Numbered from the stretch's first letter, positions 29,539 to 39,142 are shown. The stretch is DNA of 64,000 nt from Candidatus Marinacidobacterales bacterium (GCA_965224085.1 CBDCYI010000005.1:1376001-1440000), one strand, 5' to 3'. Program-made: numbers and translations. The notes: a model not told the origin generated them from the sequence alone.

Positions 29539-30584
29539 CGGAGCGGCTCGGTCAGCTCGTCGAGGACGTGGTCCCAGTTGATGCCGTCGACGCGAGGCCT
29601 GCCCGCTGCCCCCAAATCGCGGGCTCTGTCGCGGTCGGCGAAGAGTCTATTGACCGCAGCACCGAGCTCCTCCGCGTTGGGCGCCACGACGTAGCCCGAC
29701 TGGCCATCCTCGACGAACTCGAGCGTGCCTCCCGAGTCGTGGCACGTCACGACCGGCTTTCCCGACAAGAAAGCTTCCACCGTGACGTAGCCATAGTCCT
29801 CATCCACCGGCGCGTAGAGCACCGCGAAGGCACCGGCGTATAAATCCAAGAGCTCTTCCTCGGGAACGAAGCCAGCGAGATGCACCCGATCCGTCAAACC
29901 GAGGCGGTCGGCTTGGCGCTCTAGATTCTGAAGCTGTGGGCCGCGCCCGGCGATCACGAGCCGTGCGGGCGGGTCGACGTGGCGAAAGGCTTCGATGAGG
30001 AGGTCGCAACGCTTGAGCGGATCGAGTCGGCCAGCATAAAGAGCGTAGTCGCCGAACGCGCCGCTTCGATATTGTCCCGCATAGTGAGGCGGTGGATATA
30101 AAGGCGTCGATTCGATGCCGTTGAATCGCTCGAGTCGTGCCGAAACGTTTTTCGAGATCGTGCAGATCTTCCGCGATTCTCGAAGCGTCTTGTTGTCCAT
30201 CCCGATGATCGTTTGCCGGATCTCCTGCTCTTCGGAATCGTCGGTGAAGCTGCAATAGGGCGTCCCGTAGAGATCGTAGACCTCCCGGTGCTGATGGAAG
30301 AGCCACGTCGTCTTGACGGGATGTTTCACGAGATAAGACGGGAACTTGGTTGGGATGACCATGTCGATGGGCGCGCCGTTCGACTCGGTGACTTCGGCGA
30401 AGCGCCAAATCAAGGCTTGCTTGACGATGTCCGTGACAGGATACCACTTGAAAGGGATATTGATGACATCGACGACAAAGCCGCGCGCCTTGAGCTGCGC
30501 GGTCAGCTCGCTGACGAGAATCTCGGCGCCGCCTGTAATGAAAGGCGCTTGCACCGAGCACACACAAATGCTTTGCCGGGCCAA
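29535..30584 (-). CDS. Glycosyltransferase family 4
   Basis: QAPFITGGAE, GRLDPLKR, EDYGYVTVEAFLSGKPV; TTG start at 30584. Confidence 0.92.
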   Translation of the reverse strand: MARQSICVCSVQAPFITGGAEILVSELTAQLKARGFVVDVINIPFKWYPVTDIVKQALIWRFAEVTESNGAPIDMVIPTKFPSYLVKHPVKTTWLFHQHREVYDLYGTPYCSFTDDSEEQEIRQTIIGMDNKTLRESRKICTISKNVSARLERFNGIESTPLYPPPHYAGQYRSGAFGDYALYAGRLDPLKRCDLLIEAFRHVDPPARLVIAGRGPQLQNLERQADRLGLTDRVHLAGFVPEEELLDLYAGAFAVLYAPVDEDYGYVTVEAFLSGKPVVTCHDSGGTLEFVEDGQSGYVVAPNAEELGAAVNRLFADRDRARDLGAAGRPRVDGINWDHVLDELTEPLR

Positions 30585-30588
30585 AGGC

Positions 30589-31254
30589 TTAGTCCTGTCC
30601 CGGGCGGGATAGGGCGTCGAGTTTCTCGATGAGCGCCGTGAGCTCTTCGCGTGTCTCTCGGAGCACCGCCTCGACGTGGAGATGGTTGGTCTCCGCGGTC
30701 TCGAAAACGAACTCGATGCGCTCGACGAGGTCATGGACGTGACGCACGAGCTCCTGTTGCAGAATCAAGTGTCGCTCGTCGATCTCTTCCATCCGCTTGC
30801 CGTGCTGGCCCAGGATGTCGTCGTAGTGCCGGCTCACGCGATCGAGCCGCTCATCGACGTATTGCACCATTTCATTGTCGAAGCGCACTTGTGCCGAGTT
30901 CACTTGAACTTGGCGTTCGATGACTGGGCCGAGCGCGAAGCGTACGAGCCGCTGGAGCGGTATGCGGATGGGACCCAGAAGACGACCCATGAGCCCGGGT
31001 GGCGTGTCGCGATACGCGGTGGACACGTCCCAAAGCTCGTTGAGCACCTCGCGCCCTGGTGAGCTGTGCGCCGCGTCTGCTTCTCGAGAGGCTGGGCTCT
31101 CGAGCTTAGGAAGAGCCGATCCTGGTCGAGCATCGCTTTCGTAGCGAGGTAGCTTGGGCCGCGCATCCGGTGTTTTCTCCCGGGAGGCCGCCCGAACGGA
31201 ACCCAACCTTTGCTTCAAATCGGATCGCTGCTGGTCGTCCTCGGCGGAGCTCAC
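30589..31254 (-). CDS. Hypothetical coiled-coil protein co-transcribed with the GT4 genes
   Basis: Tightly spaced with the GT operon; PVIERQVQVNSA and heptad-rich C-terminus. Confidence 0.7.
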   Translation of the reverse strand: MSSAEDDQQRSDLKQRLGSVRAASREKTPDARPKLPRYESDARPGSALPKLESPASREADAAHSSPGREVLNELWDVSTAYRDTPPGLMGRLLGPIRIPLQRLVRFALGPVIERQVQVNSAQVRFDNEMVQYVDERLDRVSRHYDDILGQHGKRMEEIDERHLILQQELVRHVHDLVERIEFVFETAETNHLHVEAVLRETREELTALIEKLDALSRPGQD

Positions 31255-31571
31255 GAGGCAAGTTTCTAACGTCGTCTTGGGAGTGTCAATGAATATGCGC
31301 TAGGGATAGGCACCGTCGGAGCGGCGCCATGGTTGACGTAAAGGGGCTTTACATAAACATGACTAATATTGTATAAATTAAAACTAATTTCGGCAGCGGT
31401 AAAAAGTGGACACAAACTGTAAAGTTTGCCAGCGTTTGGATCCAGACATTCAGAGGCAAGTTTTGCTTAACTAATTACCATGAAAGGAGTTGTCCTTTTT
31501 CTTGCTTTTGGCACGAAACGTGAAGATATGAGCGTGCCAGAGGAGCGCAGAGGAAAGGACAGGCAATAATA

Positions 31572-32549
31572 ATGAGAGCACCCACTATCGAAGTCCCAGA
31601 ACAAGAACTCCAGCTCGGCAGGGCCAAGGTCGAAGTCGAGAAGCCCGCCCAGGAAGAAGAGCCAGCTTTTGAGCTTGACGTGCTGGGACAATACCTCAAA
31701 GAGACGCACCGCTATCCTCTTCTCTCTCGCGAGGAAGAGCAAAAAGTTTCTCGCGCGATGCGGCGCTCGGAAGCCGTCCTCGAAGAAAAGAAGTCCGGTA
31801 ACGGCCGCCGGGGGGCCCGCAAGGAGTTCGACGAGACCCGCGCGACGATGATCGAGAGCAATCTCCGCCTCGTGGTTTCGATCGCGAAACGCTACAAGAA
31901 CATGGGGATGGAGCTCAGCGACCTCGTCCAGGAAGGCAATATCGGCCTGATGCAGGCGGTCGAGCGATTCGACCCTCGTCGTAACTTGAAGTTCTCGACG
32001 TACGCGACCTGGTGGATCCGCCAAGCGATTACCCGCGCCCTTTCGCAGAAATCCAGGACCATCAAGGTTCCCATCAACAAGCTCGAGATGGTTCGCGTCG
32101 CGACGCGCGCCAAGAACAAGCTTCAGGAGAAAGAGGGTCGTGAGCCCTCCATGAAGGAAATCGCGAAAGCTGTCGGCGCTCCAGAGCAGCAGGTCGAGAC
32201 CGCGATGAAGTCCATCCCGCACCTCGAGTCGCTCGACGCGCTGGCCGTCGAGGACGGAAGCCCCCGCTGGGAGCTCCAGTCCGACGAGCGCTCAGAGACG
32301 CCTTGGCAGGCGGTTCTGGACCGCGATATGCGCGAGAAAGTGCGCTCGGCGCTCGAGCTTCTTCCGTCGCGGCAGCAGCTCATCGTGCGGATGCGCTTCG
32401 GCATCGGATTCAACTCCGAGTACAACCTGGAAGAGATTGGCAAAGTGTTGAACTTGACCCGTGAGCGCGTGCGGCAGCTCGAAGTCGAGGCTTTGCGTCG
32501 TCTCCGGGCCGCGGGCAACCGCCGTGCCCTGCACGACTACATCCAGTAA
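31572..32549 (+). CDS. RpoD/RpoS-like sigma-70 factor (regions 1.2-4, no region 1.1)
   Basis: YLKE..YPLLSREEE, NLRLVVSIAKRY, DLVQEGNIGL, KFSTYATWWIRQ, TRERVRQLE. Confidence 0.95.
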   Translation: MRAPTIEVPEQELQLGRAKVEVEKPAQEEEPAFELDVLGQYLKETHRYPLLSREEEQKVSRAMRRSEAVLEEKKSGNGRRGARKEFDETRATMIESNLRLVVSIAKRYKNMGMELSDLVQEGNIGLMQAVERFDPRRNLKFSTYATWWIRQAITRALSQKSRTIKVPINKLEMVRVATRAKNKLQEKEGREPSMKEIAKAVGAPEQQVETAMKSIPHLESLDALAVEDGSPRWELQSDERSETPWQAVLDRDMREKVRSALELLPSRQQLIVRMRFGIGFNSEYNLEEIGKVLNLTRERVRQLEVEALRRLRAAGNRRALHDYIQ

Positions 32550-32560
32550 TTAGGTATCTC

Positions 32561-32593
32561 GGGCGTGGATTCAAAGGAATCCACGCCCTTTTT
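32561..32593 (+). terminator. Rho-independent terminator
   Basis: GGGCGTGGATTC-AAAG-GAATCCACGCCC-TTTTT. Confidence 0.9.
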
Positions 32594-32619
32594 GTGTTTG
32601 TGACAATAAATAGGTATAT

Positions 32620-33753
32620 TTACCAATTACTAACGAAATCGACGAGTACGTCTCGGCACAAACAGATTTGGCGCGTATCGCCATACTCTTCCAGCCCGTG
32701 AAGGCCCGCGCCTCCCGGCCCGAAGACGACGGCCGGAATCCCCGCTTCGGCCAGCAGAGCAGAATCCGTCCAGCCGGTCATGCCGACGAAGCTGCATGAA
32801 CCGCGGACCCGCTCGGTCGCCGCTTGCAGCTTCTGCGGTAGGGGCTCGCTTTCCGGGATCTCGAAAGCCGGCCGGAAAAAGCTCAGTTCCATCTCAGCCT
32901 GAAATCGTGGATCGCGTGCAAGAGCCTCGAGGATCGGCTCCAATTCGCGCCGTACCGAGTGCCGCGACTCACCGGGCAAAGTGCGGCGCTCGATGTCCAG
33001 CTCGCAAACATCCGGGTAGCTCGAGAGCTCGCGGCCACCTCGAATCAACGACGCATGGATGGAGGCCTCTCCCAGAAGCGCGTGCGGAGTCTTGCGTGAC
33101 AACTGCACCCCATAGGCCTCGATCGCAGACAGAACGCGGCCCATATGGGCGATAGCGTCGACGCCCTCGCGTGGCCGGCTTCCATGGGCGGCGACCCCTG
33201 AAGTGGTCACGTGGGCCCACGCAAAGCCCTTGTGGGCGACCACGACGTCGAGCTCGCTCGGCTCGAAGACGATGGCCATATCCGCTCGGATACCCCACTC
33301 TACGAGCGCCTCCGTCCCTGCCGAGTAAGCCTCCTCGTCAGCAACGCAGGCGACAATCACGTCGCCCTTGGGAGGTACTTTCGCAAGGGTGACCGCAGCG
33401 GCCAGCATCGCCGCCATGCCTCCTTTGACGTCCTGCGCGCCCCGGCCGTGCAACCGGCCCTCCTCGTCTATCTCTCCTGAAAACGGAGCCTCCATGCCCC
33501 CGACGCTCACGGTGTCGAGGTGGCAGCACAGAAGAAGACTCGGTCCGCCTCCCGTCCCAGGGATGCGACCGACGACGTTGGGGCGGCCCGGCAACGCGTC
33601 GCGCAGCTCCACGTCGACGCCGCGATTCTCGAGGACGCCTGCCACGAAATGAGCGAGCGCTGCTTCTCCTGCCGCCCCCGATACCAGACTCGGGTTCACC
33701 GAGTCGATCCGGACAAGACGCTGGGCGAGCTCCAAGGTCTCTGAATCGTTCAA
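32620..33753 (-). CDS. M20 family ArgE/DapE-like deacylase
   Basis: CHLDTV, GRGAQDVKGG, VADEE, FEPS, GVAAHGS, GWTD, LHGLEE; start uncertain (33753 or 33783). Confidence 0.9.
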   Translation of the reverse strand: MNDSETLELAQRLVRIDSVNPSLVSGAAGEAALAHFVAGVLENRGVDVELRDALPGRPNVVGRIPGTGGGPSLLLCCHLDTVSVGGMEAPFSGEIDEEGRLHGRGAQDVKGGMAAMLAAAVTLAKVPPKGDVIVACVADEEAYSAGTEALVEWGIRADMAIVFEPSELDVVVAHKGFAWAHVTTSGVAAHGSRPREGVDAIAHMGRVLSAIEAYGVQLSRKTPHALLGEASIHASLIRGGRELSSYPDVCELDIERRTLPGESRHSVRRELEPILEALARDPRFQAEMELSFFRPAFEIPESEPLPQKLQAATERVRGSCSFVGMTGWTDSALLAEAGIPAVVFGPGGAGLHGLEEYGDTRQICLCRDVLVDFVSNW

Positions 33754-33772
33754 GGCTGTATGATAAAGCGCT

Positions 33773-34216
33773 ATGGTGTCCATGACTACCGTCCGAAGCT
33801 CCGTCCCATCTCGCGGCCACGGGGATATCCTTGATATCACGCGTAGTGTAGCGGAGGCGGTTGCAGCATCGGGTCTCATCGAGGGTGTCGCGACGGTATT
33901 CGTCACCGGGTCGACGGCCGGATTGACGACGATCGAGTACGAGCCCGGTCTCGTGCATGATCTCACGGCAGCTTTCGAGCGCCTCTATCCGCAAGCTATG
34001 GAATATCGCCACCACGAGACGTGGCACGACGACAACGGCCATAGCCACGTGCGCGCGTCCATGCTTGGGCCGTCTCTCGCGGTTCCTTTTGTCGAGGCGA
34101 CGCTGACGCTCGGCACATGGCAGCAAATAATTCTCGTCGATTTCGACACCCGACCCCGCTCGCGCGAATATGTGGTTCAGATGATGGGAGAGCCCAATGC
34201 AGCCAATCGTGGATAA
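33773..34216 (+). CDS. yjbQ: YjbQ / UPF0047 family protein
   Basis: GSTAGLTTIEYEPGL, DNGHSHVRAS, LGTWQQI. Confidence 0.9.
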   Translation: MVSMTTVRSSVPSRGHGDILDITRSVAEAVAASGLIEGVATVFVTGSTAGLTTIEYEPGLVHDLTAAFERLYPQAMEYRHHETWHDDNGHSHVRASMLGPSLAVPFVEATLTLGTWQQIILVDFDTRPRSREYVVQMMGEPNAANRG

Positions 34217-34835
34217 AGCCGTCGAGAGCTACGCCCGCGAGCACACGCAGGAAGCCCCCGAGCTACTAGAACGGATCGAACGAGAAACGCTCGCGATGCG
34301 CGGCGCCCAAATGCTGACGGGTCGCACGGAAGGGCAGTTTCTGCGGATGCTCGCCACGCTCGTCCGCGCGGAGCGCATCCTCGAGATCGGCATGTTCACC
34401 GGCTACAGCGCTCTCATGATGGCGTCCGCGCTGCCCGACCATGGCGAGCTTCACACTTGCGACGTCGACCCCGAAGCGGAAGCCATCGCTCGCCGCCATT
34501 TCGCGGAGAGCCCCGACGGGCACAAGATCCAAATCCATATGGGGCCGGCTCTCGAGACGCTCGAAGCGTTACCCGGGCCCTTCGACCTCGCATTCATCGA
34601 TGCGGACAAAGAGAACTACCCCAACTATTACGAGCCGGTGCTCGCCCGTTTGCGCCCGGGCGGCCTCATGGTCGTGGACAATACGCTCTGGAGCGGTGAG
34701 GTCGTCGACCCTCAGGACGAGGAGGGACGCGCGATCCATGAGCTCAACGAACGGATCCAGCACGACCCGCGGGTCGACAACGTGCTCGCGACGATCCGTG
34801 ACGGGATCCACATCGCCCGCAAGCTCGAGCCCTGA
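34197..34835 (+). CDS. Class I SAM-dependent O-methyltransferase (CCoAOMT-like)
   Basis: ILEIGMFTGYS, FDLAFIDADKENY, VVDNTLWSG. Confidence 0.93.
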   Translation: MQPIVDKAVESYAREHTQEAPELLERIERETLAMRGAQMLTGRTEGQFLRMLATLVRAERILEIGMFTGYSALMMASALPDHGELHTCDVDPEAEAIARRHFAESPDGHKIQIHMGPALETLEALPGPFDLAFIDADKENYPNYYEPVLARLRPGGLMVVDNTLWSGEVVDPQDEEGRAIHELNERIQHDPRVDNVLATIRDGIHIARKLEP

Positions 34836-34854
34836 TCCGGCCGGGGATGCCGCC

Positions 34855-35022
34855 CTGCCAGAAGGCGATACGCTTCACCGACTCGCGCGGGCCATGGGCT
34901 CGCACCTCGAGGGCGCCCGCCTCACCCGCGTCGAGATGGACCATGTCGAGCTGACCACGCTCCGGGGCGGCGTTGTGGGCTCGGTCCGCGCTGTCGGCAA
35001 ACACTTGCTAGCTGTGCGCTGA
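34855..35022 (+). pseudogene. Fpg/Nei DNA glycosylase, N-terminal remnant
   Basis: (CTG)PEGDTLHRLA catalytic N-terminus and GKHLL motif, stop 3 codons later; H2TH and zinc-finger domains absent. Confidence 0.85.
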
Positions 35023-35395
35023 ATGTGAAGCTTTTAGTGCTGCCAGCCTCCAGCCTGTTGTTACCGAACGCATTGACAAAATGATCCGCGCCATACTCCC
35101 ATATTGGCTCGAAGTTTCGATTCTCGCCTCGGATGAAGTTCAAATTGGCTCCCACGCCCCCCGTGTTCGTCAACGAAAGACTGAACACGGCAGAGTCGCA
35201 GAATTTAGTAGTGCATTCGTATTCACCGGCCAAGCTGATATCGGCTGGGCGTCTGGGTGCTGGCGCTGGCCTTGGCGTTGGTTGACGAGTTGTGGTTGGT
35301 GCCGGCGCTGGGGACGTTGGTGTACTATCGCCCTCATCGCCACAGCCAGCCAATACACCTATAAGTAGAAACAATGCTGATCTCCGCATGAGCAT
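35010..35395 (-). pseudogene. Lipoprotein with Pro/Thr linker, probably truncated where it meets the Fpg remnant
   Basis: MRRSALFLLIGVLAGC lipobox, PTSPAP linker, beta-rich domain; frame then runs into antisense Fpg sequence. Confidence 0.6.
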
Positions 35396-35419
35396 TCTCG
35401 AAGCGTCCTTTCGTGGATT

Positions 35420-35596
35420 ACTGGCCCGGTGAATTGGTCACCGGGCCAGTCGTCACACGAAACGCATGCGGTAGCAAGCAGGATCTCGCCTATTTCCCTA
35501 TGGGGAGGGTATTGTATTCAGCGAGTGACCCGATAGTTGAGCCGCACGCGTTCGTGTGACGGTGGGAAGGGTATTCTAATGGGCAGGCCTTGTCAA
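35420..35596 (-). promoter_or_regulatory. Sigma-70 promoter plus long structured 5' leader
   Basis: TTGACA (35591-35596), 17 bp, TACCCT (35568-35573); imperfect hairpin 35451-35561 and perfect 13-bp hairpin 35420-35450. Confidence 0.5.
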
Positions 35597-35624
35597 GGTT
35601 TACTTATAATTCCCTTGTCTTTGT

Positions 35625-35856
35625 AACTCCGGCCTCTGCGACATTCATGAGTGCACCGGCCGGTTGCGTAAACGCGGGAGCCACGACGACCTGCACCCTC
35701 GGCAACCTAAGCGCCGGAGGCTCGGCGATGTTCACCGTGACGTATCAGGCAGGGTCAACATCCGGGGCAACCCTAGGGGCCGTCGCGGTGTCGGGCAACG
35801 AGACCGATCCGAACCTAGGCAACAACATCATGAACGTGACGACGACGATCAATTGA
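35625..35856 (+). pseudogene. DUF11-like Ig domain, C-terminal fragment
   Basis: TCTLGNLSAGGSAMFTV...SGNETDPNLGNN pattern; no plausible N-terminus. Confidence 0.65.
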
Positions 35857-36563
35857 GGCGTGAGCGTTGAGAGCCCGAATAGGCGCCTAGCACTTGATGA
35901 CCCTTCTGCTTGACAGCGTGAGAGCGCCTTCTCGCTCTCGTAGCCACCATCACACCGCCCGCCGCCAAGAGAAAAAAAGTGTTGGGCTCGGGAACGGTAA
36001 CCCCGAGGGCTGAAAATTGAGAGCCTCGACTGCATCGAGGTCATAAGCCTCGGGAAAAGGAAAGCAGAAACGCCGCCGGCGGTGATGCGGAAATAACTGG
36101 CTGTGCTCGAACCCGAGGCCGCAACGTACGAGTTTCCAAGGTCCATGTCTGTCGCGCATGGAGACAAGGGACTGCAGATTGGCGCAAAAACGCCGACAAA
36201 GGTGCCTACGGAGAAGAAGGAAACGTTGTCAGGACTAGCATCGAGGACAAACCCTTCGGAGAAAAGGTGGGAGTCGTACAGCCGAATATCGGCCCCTGGA
36301 AGGTCCACTACGCTACCCATGCTGAACGAAACAGTGATCTGGCCTGGTGGGCCACTCGCACCGCCTAGGGCAAGCACCGTCCCATCGAGTGCAGTAACAG
36401 CCAGAGAATCAAAGATTCCGACTCTCTCTACACCGCTTCCCTCGAGAACGCCAAACCCGCTGCCGCCGAAAAAAGAGTCCACGATGTCAGCGAAAGGAGT
36501 GGCGTGTGCATTGCCAGCAGTCACGAACAGCAAGCTCACGATGGCAATCTTTGGCAATCGCAT
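35849..36563 (-). pseudogene. PEP-CTERM sorting-domain surface protein with two frameshifts
   Basis: Signal peptide ...NAHA; after shifts near 36060 and 36002 reads YDLDAVEALNF then VPEPNTFFLLAAGGVMVATRARRR. Confidence 0.75.
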
Positions 36564-36757
36564 AGAGCCCTTTCTCTGAAAGTGGCACAAATTTCCCGCT
36601 AAAGATATGCAGACTGTAGGCAGACAGTATGCCAAGCCCAATAACCGCAAGTAAATCAACTGGTTCCGAACTCTCATAAGCGAATGAAAATCTTGGACGA
36701 AACGAGAGGCGAATCGTCAGCAATCCATGGCTATAAACGCAGTAAGAGTAATCATTA

Positions 36758-38122
36758 TTATCGTAATAGGTGCCTTGCCATTACCAACAGGTTGCAGGTG
36801 ATGATGGAACTCCATACGTAGGATTTGAAAGAAGGCAATGAGCGCCATGTGCATCGGTCGAGACCAAAGACTCGTTTCAAGAACGAAATGACGCCTTCGA
36901 TTCCGCAGCGAAATCGCCGTAGGCGTTGATAGACCCAGGAACTCTTGACCATATCGGTCACCGCGAAGTGAGCCTTGGTAAAGGCAACATCTTCAACTCC
37001 CTTGCCTTTGATGGCTTCCAAGTTTGCCTTTGAAGAAAACGCGCCATCGTAGGCAACCTGGCGCGGGGCCCGTTCGTAGAGTTCGACTTGACGGTCGATC
37101 ATGGTTTCCGCGAGAGTTGAATCGGACGGATTCCCATCCAAGATCACGCAATCCAAAATCATCGAGGACGAGCCACCAGTCAAACACACCTTGTGACCGT
37201 AGAGAGTCTCGCGCCGGTCTTTGCGAATAATGTCGGTGTGTTCTTCGAAGATCGAAACGACCTTTTCCTCCGCAGGCACACGCTCTTCATCAATCACTCT
37301 ACGCCGAGTTTGGTTGATGACTTTTTCGGTGAGGACGAGAAAGTGCTTAAAATCCGCGGCGATCTTCTCCGCACTCGCTCGCTTCACCGGCTCGGTCAAG
37401 CCGGACTCGTCCAACTGGTCTGCAACGCGTTGAGCGGAGCGATAGGTTTCTTCCGACACCTTCAGTAGATCTCGATAGACGCGACGCCTTTGTTCCTTAT
37501 CCTTCGCGTTTAGAACTCCCAGTCGACGTCTCTTCGCTCGACGCGTTCGATTGCCGAAGACCACTACTGTACCCAGCAGTTCGCGAGTTCGGCACATGAG
37601 GCGAGTGAGAACTCGGACGCAGTCATAAAGAAGCTCGGAGTCCGTAGGAGAATGAATATTCGACTCCACTACCGTGCAGTCCACTCGTACTTTTCTTCCT
37701 TTTTCGATCGCGGTCTTCTCGGCAACACTCACCAACTCTCGGTTGATTTTCTCCAGCGTTTCGAACTTCACGGCTTTGATGTTTGCTGCTAGGGTCGACT
37801 TCGACGGGCTCGGCTCTATGATGCCGAGCTGGCAAAACGTCCGATAGCTTCGAGAGTCTGCCAAGTGAAACGCCAGCTCCCGATAGGTGAACTGATTCAG
37901 CTGCTTGACCAACAACGCCCGGAGAACCTGCTCCGCGCTCATTCCCCCACGACCAACATCGCTCCCTGCCGATGGGGTGACCGACCTCAGGTCTTGCAGT
38001 ACCAGCTCATTGAGCTTAGGATGGGCATCGAGCAGCGATGATATCGTTTCGAGCTCGCGTGCGTGCTCCAGCTCCAGCCAGGGCTCGCGAAGGCTTGGTT
38101 GTGGGTTGATCGTTTTTCGCAT
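36758..38122 (-). CDS. ISNCY-type (IS5/IS1182-like) DDE transposase
   Basis: YRELAFHLADS, RVDCTVVESNI, VSIFEEH, YDGAF, RCGIEGVISFLKR. Confidence 0.9.
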   Translation of the reverse strand: MRKTINPQPSLREPWLELEHARELETISSLLDAHPKLNELVLQDLRSVTPSAGSDVGRGGMSAEQVLRALLVKQLNQFTYRELAFHLADSRSYRTFCQLGIIEPSPSKSTLAANIKAVKFETLEKINRELVSVAEKTAIEKGRKVRVDCTVVESNIHSPTDSELLYDCVRVLTRLMCRTRELLGTVVVFGNRTRRAKRRRLGVLNAKDKEQRRRVYRDLLKVSEETYRSAQRVADQLDESGLTEPVKRASAEKIAADFKHFLVLTEKVINQTRRRVIDEERVPAEEKVVSIFEEHTDIIRKDRRETLYGHKVCLTGGSSSMILDCVILDGNPSDSTLAETMIDRQVELYERAPRQVAYDGAFSSKANLEAIKGKGVEDVAFTKAHFAVTDMVKSSWVYQRLRRFRCGIEGVISFLKRVFGLDRCTWRSLPSFKSYVWSSIITCNLLVMARHLLR

Positions 38123-38269
38123 TTAGGGCTGGTCTCCTTTGGAGTTAAGTCGTTTAGAATCTGCGTTTTTGTCGACTCGATACTAAACGACACTCCCTCA
38201 GAAGGCTAGCCCTAAATTTGCGATTACCCCTTTTTTCTCAACCTCTTACACCTGTCAGGACGGGTACTA
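36758..38269 (-). mobile_element. ISNCY-type element; only the upstream end recognisable
   Basis: Candidate terminus TAGTACCCGTCC (minus strand, 38269-38258); no matching inverted copy seen downstream of the transposase. Confidence 0.6.
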
Positions 38270-38270
38270 A

Positions 38271-38861
38271 CTAACTGAGCGGGTGCGCTCCATCGCCTAA
38301 AGGCGATGGGTTCGCGGGCGACTAAAGTCGCCTAAAGGCGCACGGCGGAGGATTACTCGCTTACCCTGAACGACTCGTCGTCTTCCGGCAGCTCTCCTTG
38401 CAGCTCGATGTACTTGGCCACAACCTCATCGGTCACGTTTCCGCTCGTCGCTACAAAATAGCCGCGCGCCCACAGGTGCCGACCCCAAAACTTCTTGCGG
38501 ATCGCTCGAAAATCACGCATCAGCTTGTGCGATGTCTTCCCCTTGATCGCCTGCATTACTCGGCTCGGCGACAGCCGTGGCGGCACGCTCAGCAACAGAT
38601 GAACGTGCTCTGGCCGTACATGGCCCTTCAGTATTTCTATGTGGTGCGTCGCACAGATCTCTCTTATCAACTCCCGCAGGCGAAGTGCTACATCTCCTCT
38701 CAATACCGGCTTGCGGTACTTCGGGATGAATACGAAATGGTAGTTTAATTGATACGTCGTGTGCGATGATTTCCGATATCCTTTCATCCGGGGATCGTAC
38801 CGCAAGCCTCCTAAAGGCTTCGCCTGAAGGCGAGGGGTTTCAACCATCCCCGAGTGAGACA
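38271..38861 (-). mobile_element. IS200/IS605-family element, tnpA only
   Basis: Subterminal hairpins at 38290-38309, 38317-38332 and 38804-38835; TTAG (minus strand) at both boundaries. Confidence 0.8.
38353..38787 (-). CDS. tnpA: IS200/IS605 HUH (Y1) transposase
   Basis: YHFVFIPKYRK, HVHLL HUH motif, LWARGYF, KYIELQ catalytic Tyr. Confidence 0.96.
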   Translation of the reverse strand: MKGYRKSSHTTYQLNYHFVFIPKYRKPVLRGDVALRLRELIREICATHHIEILKGHVRPEHVHLLLSVPPRLSPSRVMQAIKGKTSHKLMRDFRAIRKKFWGRHLWARGYFVATSGNVTDEVVAKYIELQGELPEDDESFRVSE

Positions 38862-38863
38862 CT

Positions 38864-39131
38864 AAAACGCTCGAGACCGTTTCGGGCTTGATGAACCTCG
38901 TCATGCTGCCCATGTGGCTTCTCGGCGGCATCTTTTTTTCTTACGAGCGCTTTCCCGAAGTCGCGCAGCCTTTTATCCGGGCTTTGCCGCTCACGCCTTT
39001 GAACGACGCACTGCGAGCACTCATGCTCGAGGGTCTCCCTTTGGCGTCACAGGGGGCCCGAGCTCGCGATCCTGTCAGCCTACGCGATCGTGACTTTCGG
39101 CCTAGCGCTTTGCTGGTTTCGCTGGACCTAA
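38864..39131 (+). pseudogene. ABC-2 type permease, C-terminal remnant
   Basis: KTLETVSGLMNLVMLPMWLLGGIFF...LPLTPLNDALRALM; after a +1 shift in a G-run near 39052 reads PELAILSAYAIVTFGLALCWFRWT; begins at the IS200 boundary. Confidence 0.85.
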
Positions 39132-39142
39132 GGGCCTGAGAG

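Noticed and set aside
31509-31524. Sigma-54-like TGGCAC-N5-GTGAA upstream of the sigma factor
   Set aside because: The conserved -12 GC is absent
35451-35561. c-di-AMP or c-di-GMP riboswitch, SRP or 6S RNA assignment for the hairpin
   Set aside because: Diagnostic conserved motifs are not convincingly present; left unassigned
38271-38861. TnpB/IscB nuclease with the IS200/IS605 element
   Set aside because: The element is about 590 bp and holds only tnpA
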